DNA of 64,000 nt from Octopus vulgaris. Its lineage: Eukaryota. The position numbers and the translations under genes are program-made. The DNA lies in contig OX597820.1 in assembly GCA_951406725.2 (NCBI GenBank), forward strand, positions 13,454,001-13,518,000, given 5' to 3'. Below the pieces are notes generated by a model that was not told the origin of the DNA, did no database searches, and saw only the letters and a list, made by a program, of their open reading frames with translations. Below, in pieces: positions 24,697 through 37,711 of the stretch (position 1 is its first letter; each line of letters starts with the position of its first letter).

Positions 24697-27600
24697 TCAC
24701 GTGGCCCCTTTCACTCGCAGCAATCGTGCCACACGTTTCCATATTTTATCGAACTCACACGCAGACAGACACCTTTTCTCTAACTCCACCTTTCTTTTTA
24801 GGTGGAACCTGAAATAGGTCACCAAGGCGGAGCCAGAGATCATGGTGCCTGTCATTACCGCTTTCATTCTAGTCTTCCATATACACTCTTTCGCTACTGC
24901 TACTGTACTGAGAAAGCAATGCTTACCTTCACTTGTCAAAAAGCTAGGCGAGTCAATTTTTATTATTGTCTCAGCCGATAGCTGTACTCTTCTTCCGTCC
25001 GACAACAGGTGTTCGGCATATACCCACACGTCCGAAACTTCCGGACACTGAACAATAGCGTGCGAGACTGTTTCCAGATCCCGCTCGCATCTTGGGCAGT
25101 TCGATGGTCCACTCCAACCATGCCTTGTGAGTTTATCCCGAACGGGTAAAGCCCCTCTGAAACATTGCCAGGTCAAAGACTTCTGGAAGTTATCCAATGT
25201 CTTCGGCCCGAACGTCCTTCGGAACAGGCTGTCTAACTGATTTCGATCGAGGCCCAAGGTCCTTCCTAAAGCATCGTCATTTCCGGCCTCTACCAACCTG
25301 CTATAGAAAGCTGCGGTGGTACCAAAGCCGCCGGCATTGCCCGACTTGCGGAAGTGGCAGAGTGCCTTATGGCACTCCGAATACCACATGCTCGATCTAA
25401 GTCTGCGACGAAACCAGGTTTCTCTGCCACCGAAACTGACAAAGCTGGGGAACATCTGCCTCGCAAGCGGAGACCACACCCGTTCACCATCCAGGTAGAG
25501 CCAAAGGTGCCTTAACCTCAGCGCATCTCTGCGCATCATCAGCCAAGGCATCCCTAAGCCACCCTTTAACGGTTTCTGACAGCAAATAGAACGTCTTACA
25601 AGAGGAGTGCTTCCCTTCCACAAAAAGTGGAAGATCTGCCTCTCCAACTTGCTCAACCATGAATCCGGACCAGGGACGACGGTCAGGCGGTAAGTGATGA
25701 CCGATGCCAACACATTGGCCACCTCCGCCCTCCCTTTCAAGGATAGCCACCGTCCGGACCAAGTCCCGACCGCGTGAGCCACCTTGCCCGTCACCTCAGA
25801 CCAGTTCTTTTCTATCTGGAGACCTGGACCAAACCAGATCCCTAGCAGCTTAACCGGGCCCTCCGTCCAGCATCCCACGATGCTATTCGAAGGCATCGAC
25901 TTGCCCCTCCAGGTGCCGAGTTGCAAGCCGACCGATTTTTCCCGGTTAATCTTTGCTCCTGTCACCGTCTCGTAAGCCTTGATGGCATCTCCCACATTAC
26001 GTAGGAGTTCCACCTCGGTCACGATGATGGTGATGTCGTCCGCATACGATGTCACAGATCCTCCACCTCCTGGATTCATCGGGATGGCGCTCAGCTTTCG
26101 CAGCAATGGCTCAAGAGCCATCACATACAAAATCGGGAGAGCGGACACCCTTGACGAACAGACTGTTTGATGCGGAACGGCTTCGAAAGGAAGCCATTCA
26201 CCCGAACGATCGAGTCGATGTTATCGTACAATTGTATGATCCACCTGAGGAAGCCAACACCCAGACCGAACTGCGCCAGCACGGACACCAGGTACCGATT
26301 GTTCACCCTATCAAACGCTTTATTCTGGTCTAAATGGACCAATGCCCCACCCTTGCCAGAGTCATTCCCAAACCTCTCTATTGTGTAGCGTACTAGGTGA
26401 AGATTGTCCTGGATGGTTCTTCCAGGGACCGCACAAGTTTGTGCCTCCCCGATCAGACCACCCGCGACACGCGTCAACCTTTTCGCTAGCACCTTGGCCA
26501 AAATCTTCATCTCTGTGTTTAGCAGTGTGATGGGCCGAAAGTTGTCTATGTTGTCCCCCTTGCTCGGGTCCTTTCTGATCAGCGTCACCACTCCCCGACG
26601 TACAGATCTGGGAATGAACCCATTCTGCCGCCAGTTCGTGAAAACGCCGGCCAGCACGTTCCCGAACAAGTCTGGCATTCTTTTATATAGTTCGTAAGGT
26701 AAACCATCGATCCCAGGCGCCCTGCCTTCACCGCAGTCGACCAGGACCTCAGCTATCTCCTCAGGCGAGATCGACGCTTCACAGCTCTCCGCGTCCTGCC
26801 CCGAGAGGCGCGGCAACCCGGCGAGGATGTCCGTTAGGTCCACCCTCTCCTCCGGTCCGCCGTCGCCCCCAAAGAGCCGAGCGAAGTGCTCCTGAAACGT
26901 CCGACACATCTCCTCTGGTTCGGTGATCACATCGCCTCGCCCGTTCGTCACAGACTTAATTGTGGAATCGTTTCCACGTTGAGCCTCCACAACTCGTGCC
27001 CATCCGGCAGCCTTGATACTCTCGCACCCCATTGCGCGAATTCTAGCTCTGACGATACAACCCATATGTTGGGCTTCGAGGTGCTGGTTCAACTCCAGTC
27101 TCCTCAGCCTAACCTGAGCTCCATCGCCAGCTCTCATGGCTTCCTCTAAGGCCTTAACTAGCCCCATCTCTTTCTTACGCCCACTAGTTGCTAGACCTAT
27201 GTTGTATCTAACGGACTCGTATTTGATGGCTCTTTTGAGGGCGTACCACCATTTGTTGTTAATAATGGAACCGGTTAACGCCCTCTTTACTAATAACTCG
27301 ATCCGTTTTCTGTACTCCTCAATAGCCAGGAGGGACTTATTGAGTTTCCAGTAGCCGGATCCCTTTCTATCTAACTTATCTAGGTTCAGTTCACCAGTGA
27401 CCATCTTGTGATCGCTGTAACTGACCGGGTGAAACTGTGGACACTTAACTAATCCTTTATCTATTTTTCTAATAAAAATTCTGTCTATGTAGGACCTGAC
27501 AGACCCGTCGCCACTTAACCACGTCCACTGTGGAGCGTTCGGGAATTCAAGTCTGTAGGGATCTACCAGCTGAAAGCGACTCAGTAGATCCCGGAAGCCA

Positions 27601-28080
27601 GGGTTTGGTTTTCTATCTTTCGAGCCAATGCCATCGACGCGCGCGTCGACTATGGCATTAAAGTCCCCTAACATGACTATGGATTTTGACGTGCCAAGAA
27701 ACTTCTCCAAGCCTCGATAAAAATCAGTCTGACTCGTATTAGGTGCATATACCGCCACCAGCCTGATTTCTTTACCACAACTGAACGTCAGATTTAAGAC
27801 GACCAGCCTACCTTCTGAATCAGAAAAAAATCAACTTTTTCTCTGAGACACTATCTTTTTTAAGCAGGACCAACACCCCACTCCCGCCCACATGCCGTCC
27901 AGGAGAAATAAATTTCTCGTAGCCGTTCATGAGCGGGAGCAGATCTCTTGGCCCTTCGATTCGTGTCTCAGTAGCTACAATTACATTTAAATTCCGCGCC
28001 CTGATATCGTTTAGTAAACGACCTTGTTTCCAGTTCGCTACCAGGGTGCGCACATTTATGCAACCAACGTAAACAGCCAT
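24697..28080 (-). pseudogene. Tx1-A ORF2: APE endonuclease + reverse transcriptase + C-terminal CCHC (frameshifts near 27825 and 26140)
   Basis: GCINVR, VATETR, LGDFN, SYIDRI, YSDH, GYWKLN, FRPITLLN, LDQNKAFDRV, VRQGCPLS, YADD, CPRC..ETVSHAIVQC. Confidence 0.92.
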
Positions 28081-28087
28081 AGTTTGC

Positions 28088-29440
28088 TTACCTTATTTCC
28101 TCTGGGTCCGGCCGACGGGGGGGACCCTTCTCTTCTGCCTCCGATGAACGTGGACTCGGCGAGTTGCTGTTCTTCCTTTCTACATCCTTCAGGGCATCCC
28201 CCTTGCTCATTCTGGATGGGCCTACGTCTTTTCTAAAATCATTTGCAAACATGTTGAACCCTTTCAGTCCCATCACGTAGCATCTCCAGTCTCCACATCT
28301 CGCTTCCATCTCCACCTCCTCGATGTGTTGAGTCTCCACTCTACGTACCACTTCTCTGTTTGCGGTATTCATCGCCACATACACCTTGTTCTCCTTCTCC
28401 GGCTTCTTCGCCTTCTTCACTTCTCTTTGCTTATACTTTTCTCCGGGGAGGGGTTATTGTTTTCGTTTTGTCGCAGCAATCTGTGACCACCCCTCCCCTA
28501 CTTCTGTTGGGGTTGTTGTTTCTGTTGCCGCCACTTGAGCACTTGGTTTTGTGGGTTCGCTCTTCTCCGCCGGCTTGCAGTCTTTTTTGATGTGGCCCTT
28601 CTTGCCACAGGTGAAACACCTGGGCTTCCGGCCCTCCACCATTACTGCCATCCGGCTCTCTCCTATTTCGATGACCTCGCCTATCTCTTCCAAGACGTCC
28701 GGCTCGGCCTGTACTATAATCTTTACTTTCTGTCCTTGCCACTTTTTGGCGTCTTCCACCGTGGCATCGCGTATTTTTATTTTGTCTTCCAGCCCTGCAG
28801 TGACTCCAGCCACTATTAGTTCGGGCTCAACCTCTGGCGGTATGTTGGCAATTGTTATTCTTGAAATGCGCCTTCCTCTATAAATAGGTAGAAGGGTTAT
28901 TGTATCTGTTTTCAGGGGTTTCATTGACTGCTCCCTTGCTTCCTCCTCTGTTCCGAACCTGGTTTCTACGGTCCCATACCTCTTACCCCTGGTTAAAAAT
29001 GTAATTTTTTCCCAGATGGGTAGTAAGCACGCCTCCACTTCCTTTTCCGAAGAAAAGTCTATTCTCCTTTCCTTATTACGATATGTTTTATATATTATCG
29101 TTTTCCTCTCTATCTCTTCGAGAGATTCTTGCGTCTGGTTCAGTTTAATTTTGTACCCGTCTCGAGATACTATCTTTTTTACTTCTTCCAACTTGGTTAG
29201 GTTTATCTTTCTTTCTTTCGGGCTCGCCGCCTCGGCGAAGTTTAGCGCCTTCCTTGCCATGCTTGGCACATCTATATTTCTTCTGATTCTCCTACTTTCC
29301 TCTTCATCCGAGGAAATGTCGGGTAAGGCTATTGTTTTTTCCAGGCTGGACATCTCTGGACTCAGGACCTGGGTTTGGTCTTCCGTTCTGTCCGCCTTCG
29401 GGCTGGCCATTATTGGCCTACCCCTCCTCAGCGTCTTCAC
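28088..29440 (-). pseudogene. Tx1-A ORF1 (one apparent frameshift near 28450)
   Basis: LTRGKRYGTVETRF, SRITIANIPPEV, VEGRKPRCFTCGKKGHIKKDC. Continues in ORF 28088-28420. Confidence 0.8.
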
Positions 29441-30129
29441 TAAAATTAGTCAAATAAATTCGACTAACAAAAACCAACTTTTTTTCTTTTTGGTTTTTTT
29501 TTTTTCTTTCACAAATAACAACTGGTAGTAGAATAAAAAAATTTTCTCACTGGACGAAAAAAACACACTTCTCACTAAAACGTGAGATTTTAAATACAAC
29601 AGGCAGAAAAAAATATATCCGAAGCAAGGCGAAGTTCATTATCCGCAAAAAATTATTAACGCTAATTAACGTTGACGTCAAAAAGTATTAATGGCAGGCA
29701 ATAAACCTCGCCAAGCCTCTAAAAATATTCAAACAGTCCTACCTGCTATGCCAAACAGTTCAATATTCCACGTGTGGTAATCCAAGTGTGAAAATTGGTA
29801 CTCTAATGAGTCAAAAATATTTCTGAGGAGGGGCTACGCCTTCCTCAAAAAACACAATTTCTCTCTAAAAAGTGAGACTTTTAAATACGCCAACAGGTAG
29901 AAAAAATATACATCCGAAGCACAGTGAAGCATATTACCCGCAAAACTTATTAACACTAAGTAACGTTGTTAATGTTAAAAAGTATTAACGGCAGGCAATA
30001 AACATCACTAGGCTTCCAACAATATTCGAACGCCCCACCCGTTGACGTAAAATGTTCAATAATTCACGTTAAAACGTGACATTTGCCGGAGCGAAAAAAA
30101 TAACGCGTCCGTTCGGTGAGAAAGCTACT

Positions 30130-32561
30130 TTATTTCAATAATTTGCCACTAGGGCAGCACACACAGTAGCTACGGGCTGGACAAAGACATTAATGGATGA
30201 TGGTGGTGGTGGATGAAGATGGTGATGGGAGAAGTCAGAAAGCGCCCGCCGACTTTTGCTTCTCTAAAACAATGTTCAATAATTACATTTAATACAATGA
30301 TTCAAAATTACAAACTTTAGAGGAGGCAATAAACCTCCTCTTCAAAATGTTACAAAATGTTCACAAAATATTCCAATTTACAATTGAAAGTCTCTTCAGA
30401 GGCAACAAACCTCTGTTACAATATAACACAATTTCACGTCACCCGACCGACGATTGCTCTTGCCTCATTGAGGCAATACTCGCTGGTCAGGCCGGTGTCC
30501 AGTGGTATAGTCTGGAAGGAGTCCGCTGGGCAGGAACCCACGATCCTGTGTAGATCAGCCCTTCCCACGACCCCCGCAGCTAACTGCGAAGGCCACTCGG
30601 GGTTTTCCACACAGGACCGGATTACCTCCCAATGTCCTCTCTTTCTCACTTTTCTCACGGTACTTTCCACCTTTTTTCCTTTGAAAAAGAGGAGCACAAA
30701 ATCTTCCACGAATAGTCCCTCAGGCGGCACACCGTTGCCGGAGAACACTTAGGAGTCGCCATCCGCGAATTACTATCCGCTGGTGGCGTCCGTTCCTCTT
30801 TTTCTTTTTTACGCCGGGCCTCGGGAGGTTGAGGCTCCAGTGCTGTACGCACCGGGTCCTCTTTTTCTTCCGAAGCCTCCGGTTTCTTTGGTGGGTCGCC
30901 ATTGCTCCCCACCTTTCTCTTTCTTTTGGAGGAGGATTTTTCCCCCTCCTCACTTTGTTTCTCTCCCTCCACTGGTGGGGCAGGGAGAGGCTGATATTAG
31001 CTCCTCCAGGATCCTACTTTGGTTCCTGGGGCAGCTCTTCTTGATGTGGCCGGTTTCCGAACACAGGTGACACTTGGGGGCGCGTCCCTCAAGCATCACC
31101 GGATACTTGGATCCGGCCATCTTCAAGAAGTCTGGCAAAACCAGACGCTTGGCCGACTGGGTCCATAAGGTTAAGGTTGCCTTAGACCCCTCCCAATCAG
31201 CCGCAGGCTGTATATTGACATTTAGGATTTTTGCGTCCCTGTCACCCAGACCCCGGCGGATAGTGTTCTATCCACTCGGGTTCAATGTCGGGTGGCAGGC
31301 CGCAGACCCATAGTCTTGTCAATTTTTCTCCCTTGTAACTAGGGAGAAACAAGATTTCTTTGCCCTCAATGAGCCTGCTTGCAAACTCGCAAGCATCTTT
31401 TGGGGAGTCAAACAGCAACCAAACCGTTGCGTATTTGACTCCCCGTTGGATATATTTTACGGCTGGCATGTGGTCTACCAGCTCTTCAATAATTTTCGCC
31501 TTCGGAAAAACCATGATAGCGTTGAGCGACCTTTGAATAAGTCCTCAGCACCACGGTCTTATCCTCGAGCTGTTTGACATATTTTTTGGGAGCTTCCAGC
31601 TCCCAAACAATCAGTTCCTTTGCCATTTTTAACAAAAAATATTAATACAGTTTGAATAGAAAAACACAAAAGTGACAGAAAGAGGGAAGTAAAAACAAAA
31701 ATGGAAACGAGAGTTACAATAAAAACAGTTCGGAGTTCAAATGAAGGATAGCTAGAGGAAGAAGTTCAAATGTGGCAAAGAATTATTATTTTTTTTTTTT
31801 TTGGCCGAAGAGGTAGTCCAGGCCAAACGTCACGGCAGTCCTTGGTAATTCTGGTGCTTGCAAAAACAATCCACGAATGTCCTTGGTGCCTCCTGGTAAT
31901 CCAAAGTTGCAGTATTCCACGTGTGGTAATCCAAAGCGAAATTGGTGCTCTAATGAATCGAAATATTTTTGATGTGGGCTACGCCTCTTCAAAAAACACA
32001 CTTCTCACTAAAACGTGAGATTTTAAATACAACAGGCAGAAAAAAATATATCCGAAGCAAGGCGAAGTTCATTATCCGCAAAAAATTATTAACGCTAATT
32101 AACGTTGACGTCAAAAAGTATTAATGGCAGGCAATAAACCTCGCCAAGCCTCTAAAAATATTCAAACAGTCCTACCTGTTATGCCAAACAGTTCAATATT
32201 CCACGTGTGGTAATCCAAGTGTGAAAATTGGTACTCTAATGAGTCAAAAATATTTCTGAGGAGGGGCTACGCCTTCCTCAAAAAACACAATTTCTCTCTA
32301 AAAAGTGAGACTTTTAAATACGCCAACAGGTAGAAAAATATATTCGAAGCAGTAAAGTGAAGTGTATTACCCGCAAAAACTTATTAACACTAAGTAACGT
32401 TGTTAATGTTAAAAAGTATTAACGGCAGGCAATAAACCTCACTAGGCTTCCATCAATATTCGAACGTTCCACCCGTTGACGTAAATGTTCAATAATTCAC
32501 GTTAAAACGTGACATTTGCCGGAGCGAAAAAATAACGCGTCCGTTCGGTGAGAAAGCTACT
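30130..32561 (-). mobile_element. Unit 15: ORF1-only element, family A
   Basis: ATG at 31626. ORFs 31242-31514, 30950-31138 (CHLCSETGHIKKSC), 30655-30972 and 30434-30748. The 5' 1.2 kb is nearly identical to unit 13. Confidence 0.85.
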
Positions 32562-34206
32562 TTATTTCAATTTATTTGCCACTTAGGGCATAACACAGAG
32601 GTAGCGGTAGCTCCGGGCTGGACACGGACATTAATGGATGATGGTGGTGGTGGATGAAGATGGTGATGGGAGAAGTCAGAAAGCACCCGTCGACTTTTGC
32701 TTCTCTAAAACAATGTTCTTTTTTTCAATGGTTTACAATGTTTTAAAATTTACAAAAAATTCCACAAAATTCAAAAATTTCAAAAAATTCCACAAAATAT
32801 TCCAATTTACAATTGAAAGTCTCTTCAGAGGCAACAAACCTCTGTTACAATATAACACAATTTCACGTCACCCGACCGACGAACTCTCTTGCCTTGGTGA
32901 CGCAATCGTCCATCGTCAGGTTTCCGCACACAGGTAAGACTTGCAAGAGATCCTCCGGGAAAGAATTCTCGATCCTGCACATATCATTTTCGAGTAGGAC
33001 CTCCGCAGCAAGCTGCGAGGGCCACTCTGGATACTCCATGCAGGACCGAAGTCCCTCCCATTGGTTTCTCTTCCTCATCTTACCTATTTCGTTCTGTACT
33101 ATTCCTCCTTTGTAAAAGAGGACCACATAAAATTTCTCCGGCATCACCGTTGCCGGAGAACACTTGGAGTCGCCATCCGCGAATTACTATCCGCTGGTGG
33201 CGTCCCGTTCCTCTTTTTCTTTTTACGCCGGGCCTCGGGAGGTTGAGGCTCCAGTGCTGTACGCACCGGGTCCTCTTTTTCTTCCGAAGCCTCCGGTTTT
33301 TTGGTGGGTCGCCATTGCTCCCCACCTTTCTCTTTCTTTTGGAGGAGGATTTTTCCCCCTCCTCACTTTGTTTCTCTCCCTCCACTGGTGGGGCAGGGAG
33401 AGGCTGATATTAGCTCCTCCAGGATCCTACTTTGGTTCCTGGGGCAGCTCTTCTTGATGTGGCCGGTTTCCGAACACAGGTGACACTTGGGGGCGCGTCC
33501 CTCAAGCATCACCGGATACTTGGATCCGGCCATCTTCAAGAAGTCCGGAAAAACCAGACTCTTGGCCGACTGGGTCCACAGTCAAAGTGGCCTTTGACCC
33601 TTCCCAGTTAGCCGCAGGCTGAATTTTCACGTTTAGGATCTTGGCACTACCACCACTCAGACCCCGGCGGATGGAATCTTCCACCCACTCGGGCTCAAAG
33701 CCGGGCGGCAGGCCACAGACCCACAAACGTAACAATTTTTCCCCCTTGTAACTGGGGAGAAACAGAATTTCATCGCCCTCAATGGGCTGGCTTGCAAATT
33801 TGCAAGCTTGCGTCGGCGGAGTCAAATAGCAACCATACCGTTGCGTATTTGACTCCCCGTTGAATATGTTTAACGGCTGGCATATAATCTGCCAGCTCGT
33901 TCACAATGGTATCTCTCGGAAAAACCATTATGGTGTCGAGTGACTTTGAAAATGTTCTCAGCACCACGGTTCTTTCCTCGAGTTCGTGTAAATATTTTTT
34001 GGGAGGTGTTAACTCCCACACAGTAAAATTCTTTGCCTTTGCCATAACGTAAAATACAATAGTTCAAAATGATAAACTAAAATTAGCCACAGAAAGGAGA
34101 ATGAAAAATGCAACAGAAGGGAAGAAAATAAAAATGGCAGTTCAAAAAAGTTTTTACAAATAAATAATAGAAGAGAGAGTTCAAATCAGGCAAAGGAATT
34201 CAGTTT

Positions 34207-34237
<31 letters not shown>

Positions 34238-34786
34238 CCACACTTCTTCGGCCAAAATATAATCCAGGCCAAATGCACTTGGTAAATAATCCTTGGTAAT
34301 CCGTGGACACACAATGACAATTTCAAATAATTTTTTCAGACGGACTAAGCCGCTTCAAAAATACAATTTCTTTTCGCTCGACACAGGCAGAAAAATTACA
34401 CCCGGAGCAAAGTGGAGCTCTATTACTTGCTAAAAAATATTAACTGCTAAAAAAAACATTCATGCAAATAATAAAACTTCACTTCGCTCGCAAAAATACA
34501 AAATTCCTACCTTTAGTCGAGACGAAAGTTCAATATTTCACGTTGAAACAACGCGACATCAATACAATTTTCTTTCCACTCGACACAGGCAGAAAAACTA
34601 TATCTGGAGCAGAGTGGAGCCTTATTATCTGCTAAAAAACATTAATGCAAGCAATAAAACTTCACTAAACTCCCAAAAATACAAAGTTCCTACCTTTAGT
34701 CGAGACGAAAGTTCAACAATTCACGTTGAAACAACGCGACATTTGCCGGAGCAAAAAACAACACATCTGTATGGTAAGAAGCTACT
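32562..34786 (-). mobile_element. Unit 16: ORF1-only element, family A
   Basis: MAKAKNFTVW at 34045. ORFs run to 32863. Duplicated 5' UTR monomer at about 34360-34750. Confidence 0.85.
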
Positions 34787-36513
34787 TTATTTCATTTAAT
34801 TTGCCACCAGGGCATCACACAGAGGTAGCAGTAGCTCCGGGCTGGACACAGACATTAATGGATTATGGTAATGATGGATGAAAATGGTGATGGGAGAAGT
34901 CAGAAGCGCCCGTCGACCTCTGCTTCTCTAATACAATGTTCTTTTTACAATGTTTTTAAATTTTACAAAATTCAAAATTTTCAGAAAATAACAGTGTTCA
35001 ATGAATACATTTAGTAAAATGTTCAAAAATGTTCAAAATGTTCAAATTGCATTTTTTCAGACGAGATGATAAACCTCCTCTTCAACATGTTTAAAAATGT
35101 TCAAAATGTTCAATAAGTGTTTAACAATTCTCCCCGTCAGGTCCCCGAAGCAAATTGTCTTGCCGCCTGCAGACAACTCTGCGACGACAAGTCTCTGCGA
35201 AGAGAAAGGTAAAGTGCCTTCTTTCAAAGGTCTCTGCGATCCTTGATAAGATAGCATCCGTTACCCTTTCCGCAGCTACCCACGGAGGCCATAACGGATT
35301 TCTTGAGCCGACCGCGCCCTTGCGCTCAAGGTCGCTCAAGCCATTCAAGAAATCTTCCACCTCCTCTCCCTTGTGGTAGAGGAGGAGAAGCATCTCCTCT
35401 TCACAGGAAGGGACCTCCAGTGGCTTACTTCCTACTGGCGGAGCCTTGTCCGCGGGTGGCACACATCCCACCCGCGGCTCCGTCGGCGACACAGAAACGT
35501 CAGACGTCCGACCTCTCCTTTTTCTCCTTCTTTTGGGGGAGACTGCTAACCCAGGGGACTCCGTCACCAGACACGGGGGATTGCTATCCTCCTCCGCCCC
35601 CTGAGCGTTCTTTGGTGGGCAACCATTGTTGCTCGCCAGCCTCTTTCTTTTCGTGGAGGCAACCTCCTCCACGACTTCCACCGTCTCCCCCTCCAATGAG
35701 GGGACGGCGGGCACCTTTTCCTTTTCATGTTCCGGGGCGGCACCACGGCCCCCGGGACACTTCTGCTTAATATGTCCAGGCTCCGAGCACCGGTGACACT
35801 TGGGGGCGCGTCCCTCAAGCATCACCGGGTACCTGGACCCGGCCATCTTCAGGAAGTCCGGAAAAACCAGACTCTTGGCCGACTGGTACCACAGAGTCAA
35901 AGTGGCCTTTGACCCTTCCCAGTTAGCCGCAGGCTGCATTTTAACGTTGAGGATCTTGGCGTCCCTGTCACCCAGCCCCCGGCGGATAGTCTTCTATCCA
36001 CTCGGGTTCAAAGCCGGGCGGCAGGCCACAGACCCACAAACGTAACAGTTTTTCCCCCCTGTAACTGGGGAGAAACAGAATTTCATTGCCCTCAATGGGC
36101 TGGCTTGCACATTTGCAAGCTTCTTCGGCGGAGTCAAATAGCAACCAGACCGTTGCGTACTTGACCCCCGTTGTATATGTTTAACGGCTGGCATATAATC
36201 TGCCAGCTCGTTCTCAATGGTATCTCTCGGAAAGACCATTATGGTGTCGAGTACCTTTGAAAATGTTCTCAGCACCACGGTTCTTTCCTCAAGATCATGT
36301 AAATATTTTTTGGGAGGTGCCAACTCCCACACAGTAAAATTCCTTGCCTTCGCCATAACGTAAAATACAATAGTTCAATAATAACTAAATTTAGCCACAG
36401 AAAGAATAAAAATGTAACAGAAGGGAAGAAAAAATAAAAATGGCAGTTCAAAAAAGTTTTTAACAAATAAATGATAGAAGAGAGAGTTCAAATTAGGCAA
36501 AGGAATTCAGTTT

Positions 36514-36555
<42 letters not shown>

Positions 36556-36935
36556 CCTCACTTCTTCGGCCAGAATGTAATCCGTGCCAAATGCATTGGT
36601 AAGACCCTTGGTAAACAATCCTTGGTAATCCCGTGGACACACAATGACGATTTCACAATAATCTCTTCAGTCGGACCAAGCCGCTTCAAAAATACAATTT
36701 CTTTCGCTCGACACAGGCAGAAAAATTACATTCGGAGAAAAGTGGAGTTTTATTACTTGCTTAAAATAATTAATGCTAAAAAACATTAATGCAAGCAATA
36801 AAACTTCACTTCGCTCACAAAAATACAAAATTCCTACCTTTAGTCGAGACGACAGTTCAATATTTCACGTTGAAACAACGAGACATCGGAGCAGCAAAAA
36901 ACCACGTCTAACTCAGACGAAGGTAAGAAGCTACT
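34787..36935 (-). mobile_element. Unit 17: chimeric ORF1-only element (family A N-half, family B C-half)
   Basis: MAKARNFTVW at 36356. ORF 35121-35939 switches to the family B tail after CHRCSEPGHIKQKC. Confidence 0.82.
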
Positions 36936-37711
36936 TTATTTTATATAATTTGCCACTAGGGCAGCACACAGAGTAGCTGCAGGCTGGACAAGGACATTAA
37001 TGGATGATGGTGGTGGTGGATGATGATGGTGGTGGGAGAAGTCAGAAAGCGCCCGCCGACTTTTGCTTCTCTAAAACAATGTTCTTTTTTTTTTTTTCAA
37101 TCATTTGCAAAATTTCAAAAATTACAAAAAATTCAAATAATTTTTCACAGAAATTTCAATTTTCAATTTACACTTTTTAATAGTCTCTTCAGAGGCAATA
37201 AACCTCTGTCACAATGTAACACAATTACAATTTTACGTTACCTGACCGATGAACTCTCTTGCTTTAATGACGCAATCGTCCATCGTCAGGCTTCCGCATA
37301 CTGGTATGACTTGCAAGAGATCCTCCGGGAAAGAATTCTCGATCCTGCACATATCATTTTCGAGTAGGACCTCCGCAGCCAGCTGCGAAGTCCACTTGGG
37401 ATACTCCATGCAGGACCGAAGTCCCTCCCATTCGTTTCTCTTCCTCCTCTTACGTATTTCGTTTTCTATAGTGATTTCTTTATTAAGATTATATAATCTT
37501 ATACATAGAATTACAAATACATAACAAACATGCAAAACAAATAATTAAGAGGTTCGCTATTTAAAAATTTTTTTTTTTTTTTATAACATTTGTATTAAAA
37601 ATTCGTTTTTTTTTAAATTGTCCTTTATATAACCAGTAGCATCTTTATCACAGTTCAAACCCCGGCAATTTACAAGCCCCGCAGCTTTTATTTCCTCTCC
37701 TCCCTCCATAG

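Larger units (their letters stand above)
24441..30129 (-). mobile_element. Unit 14: near full-length autonomous Tx1-group LINE (Tx1-A), plus a 5' segment shared with units 13 and 15
   Basis: ORF1 and ORF2 present. 3' end GCCCCTTGTGGGTAATAAAGAAATATA abuts the target motif. 29559-30129 matches the unit 13/15 5' UTR. Confidence 0.9.

Noticed and set aside
23875-30129. LTR-like direct repeats of about 570 bp flanking Tx1-A
   Set aside because: There are no TG..CA ends, PBS or integrase. The repeat is the 5' UTR of the ORF1-only family and also occurs at 31991-32561.
34205-36556. Long T-runs (34209-34236, 36515-36555) as poly(A) tails of separate insertions
   Set aside because: They sit at the homologous 5' UTR position where other units have shorter T-runs, with no preceding AATAAA/stem-loop end. 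They are probably homopolymer expansions.
36918-36935. Plus-strand AG|GTAAG splice-donor look of the junction motif
   Set aside because: It is simply the reverse complement of CTTACC in the target, many variants lack it, and there is no exon evidence.
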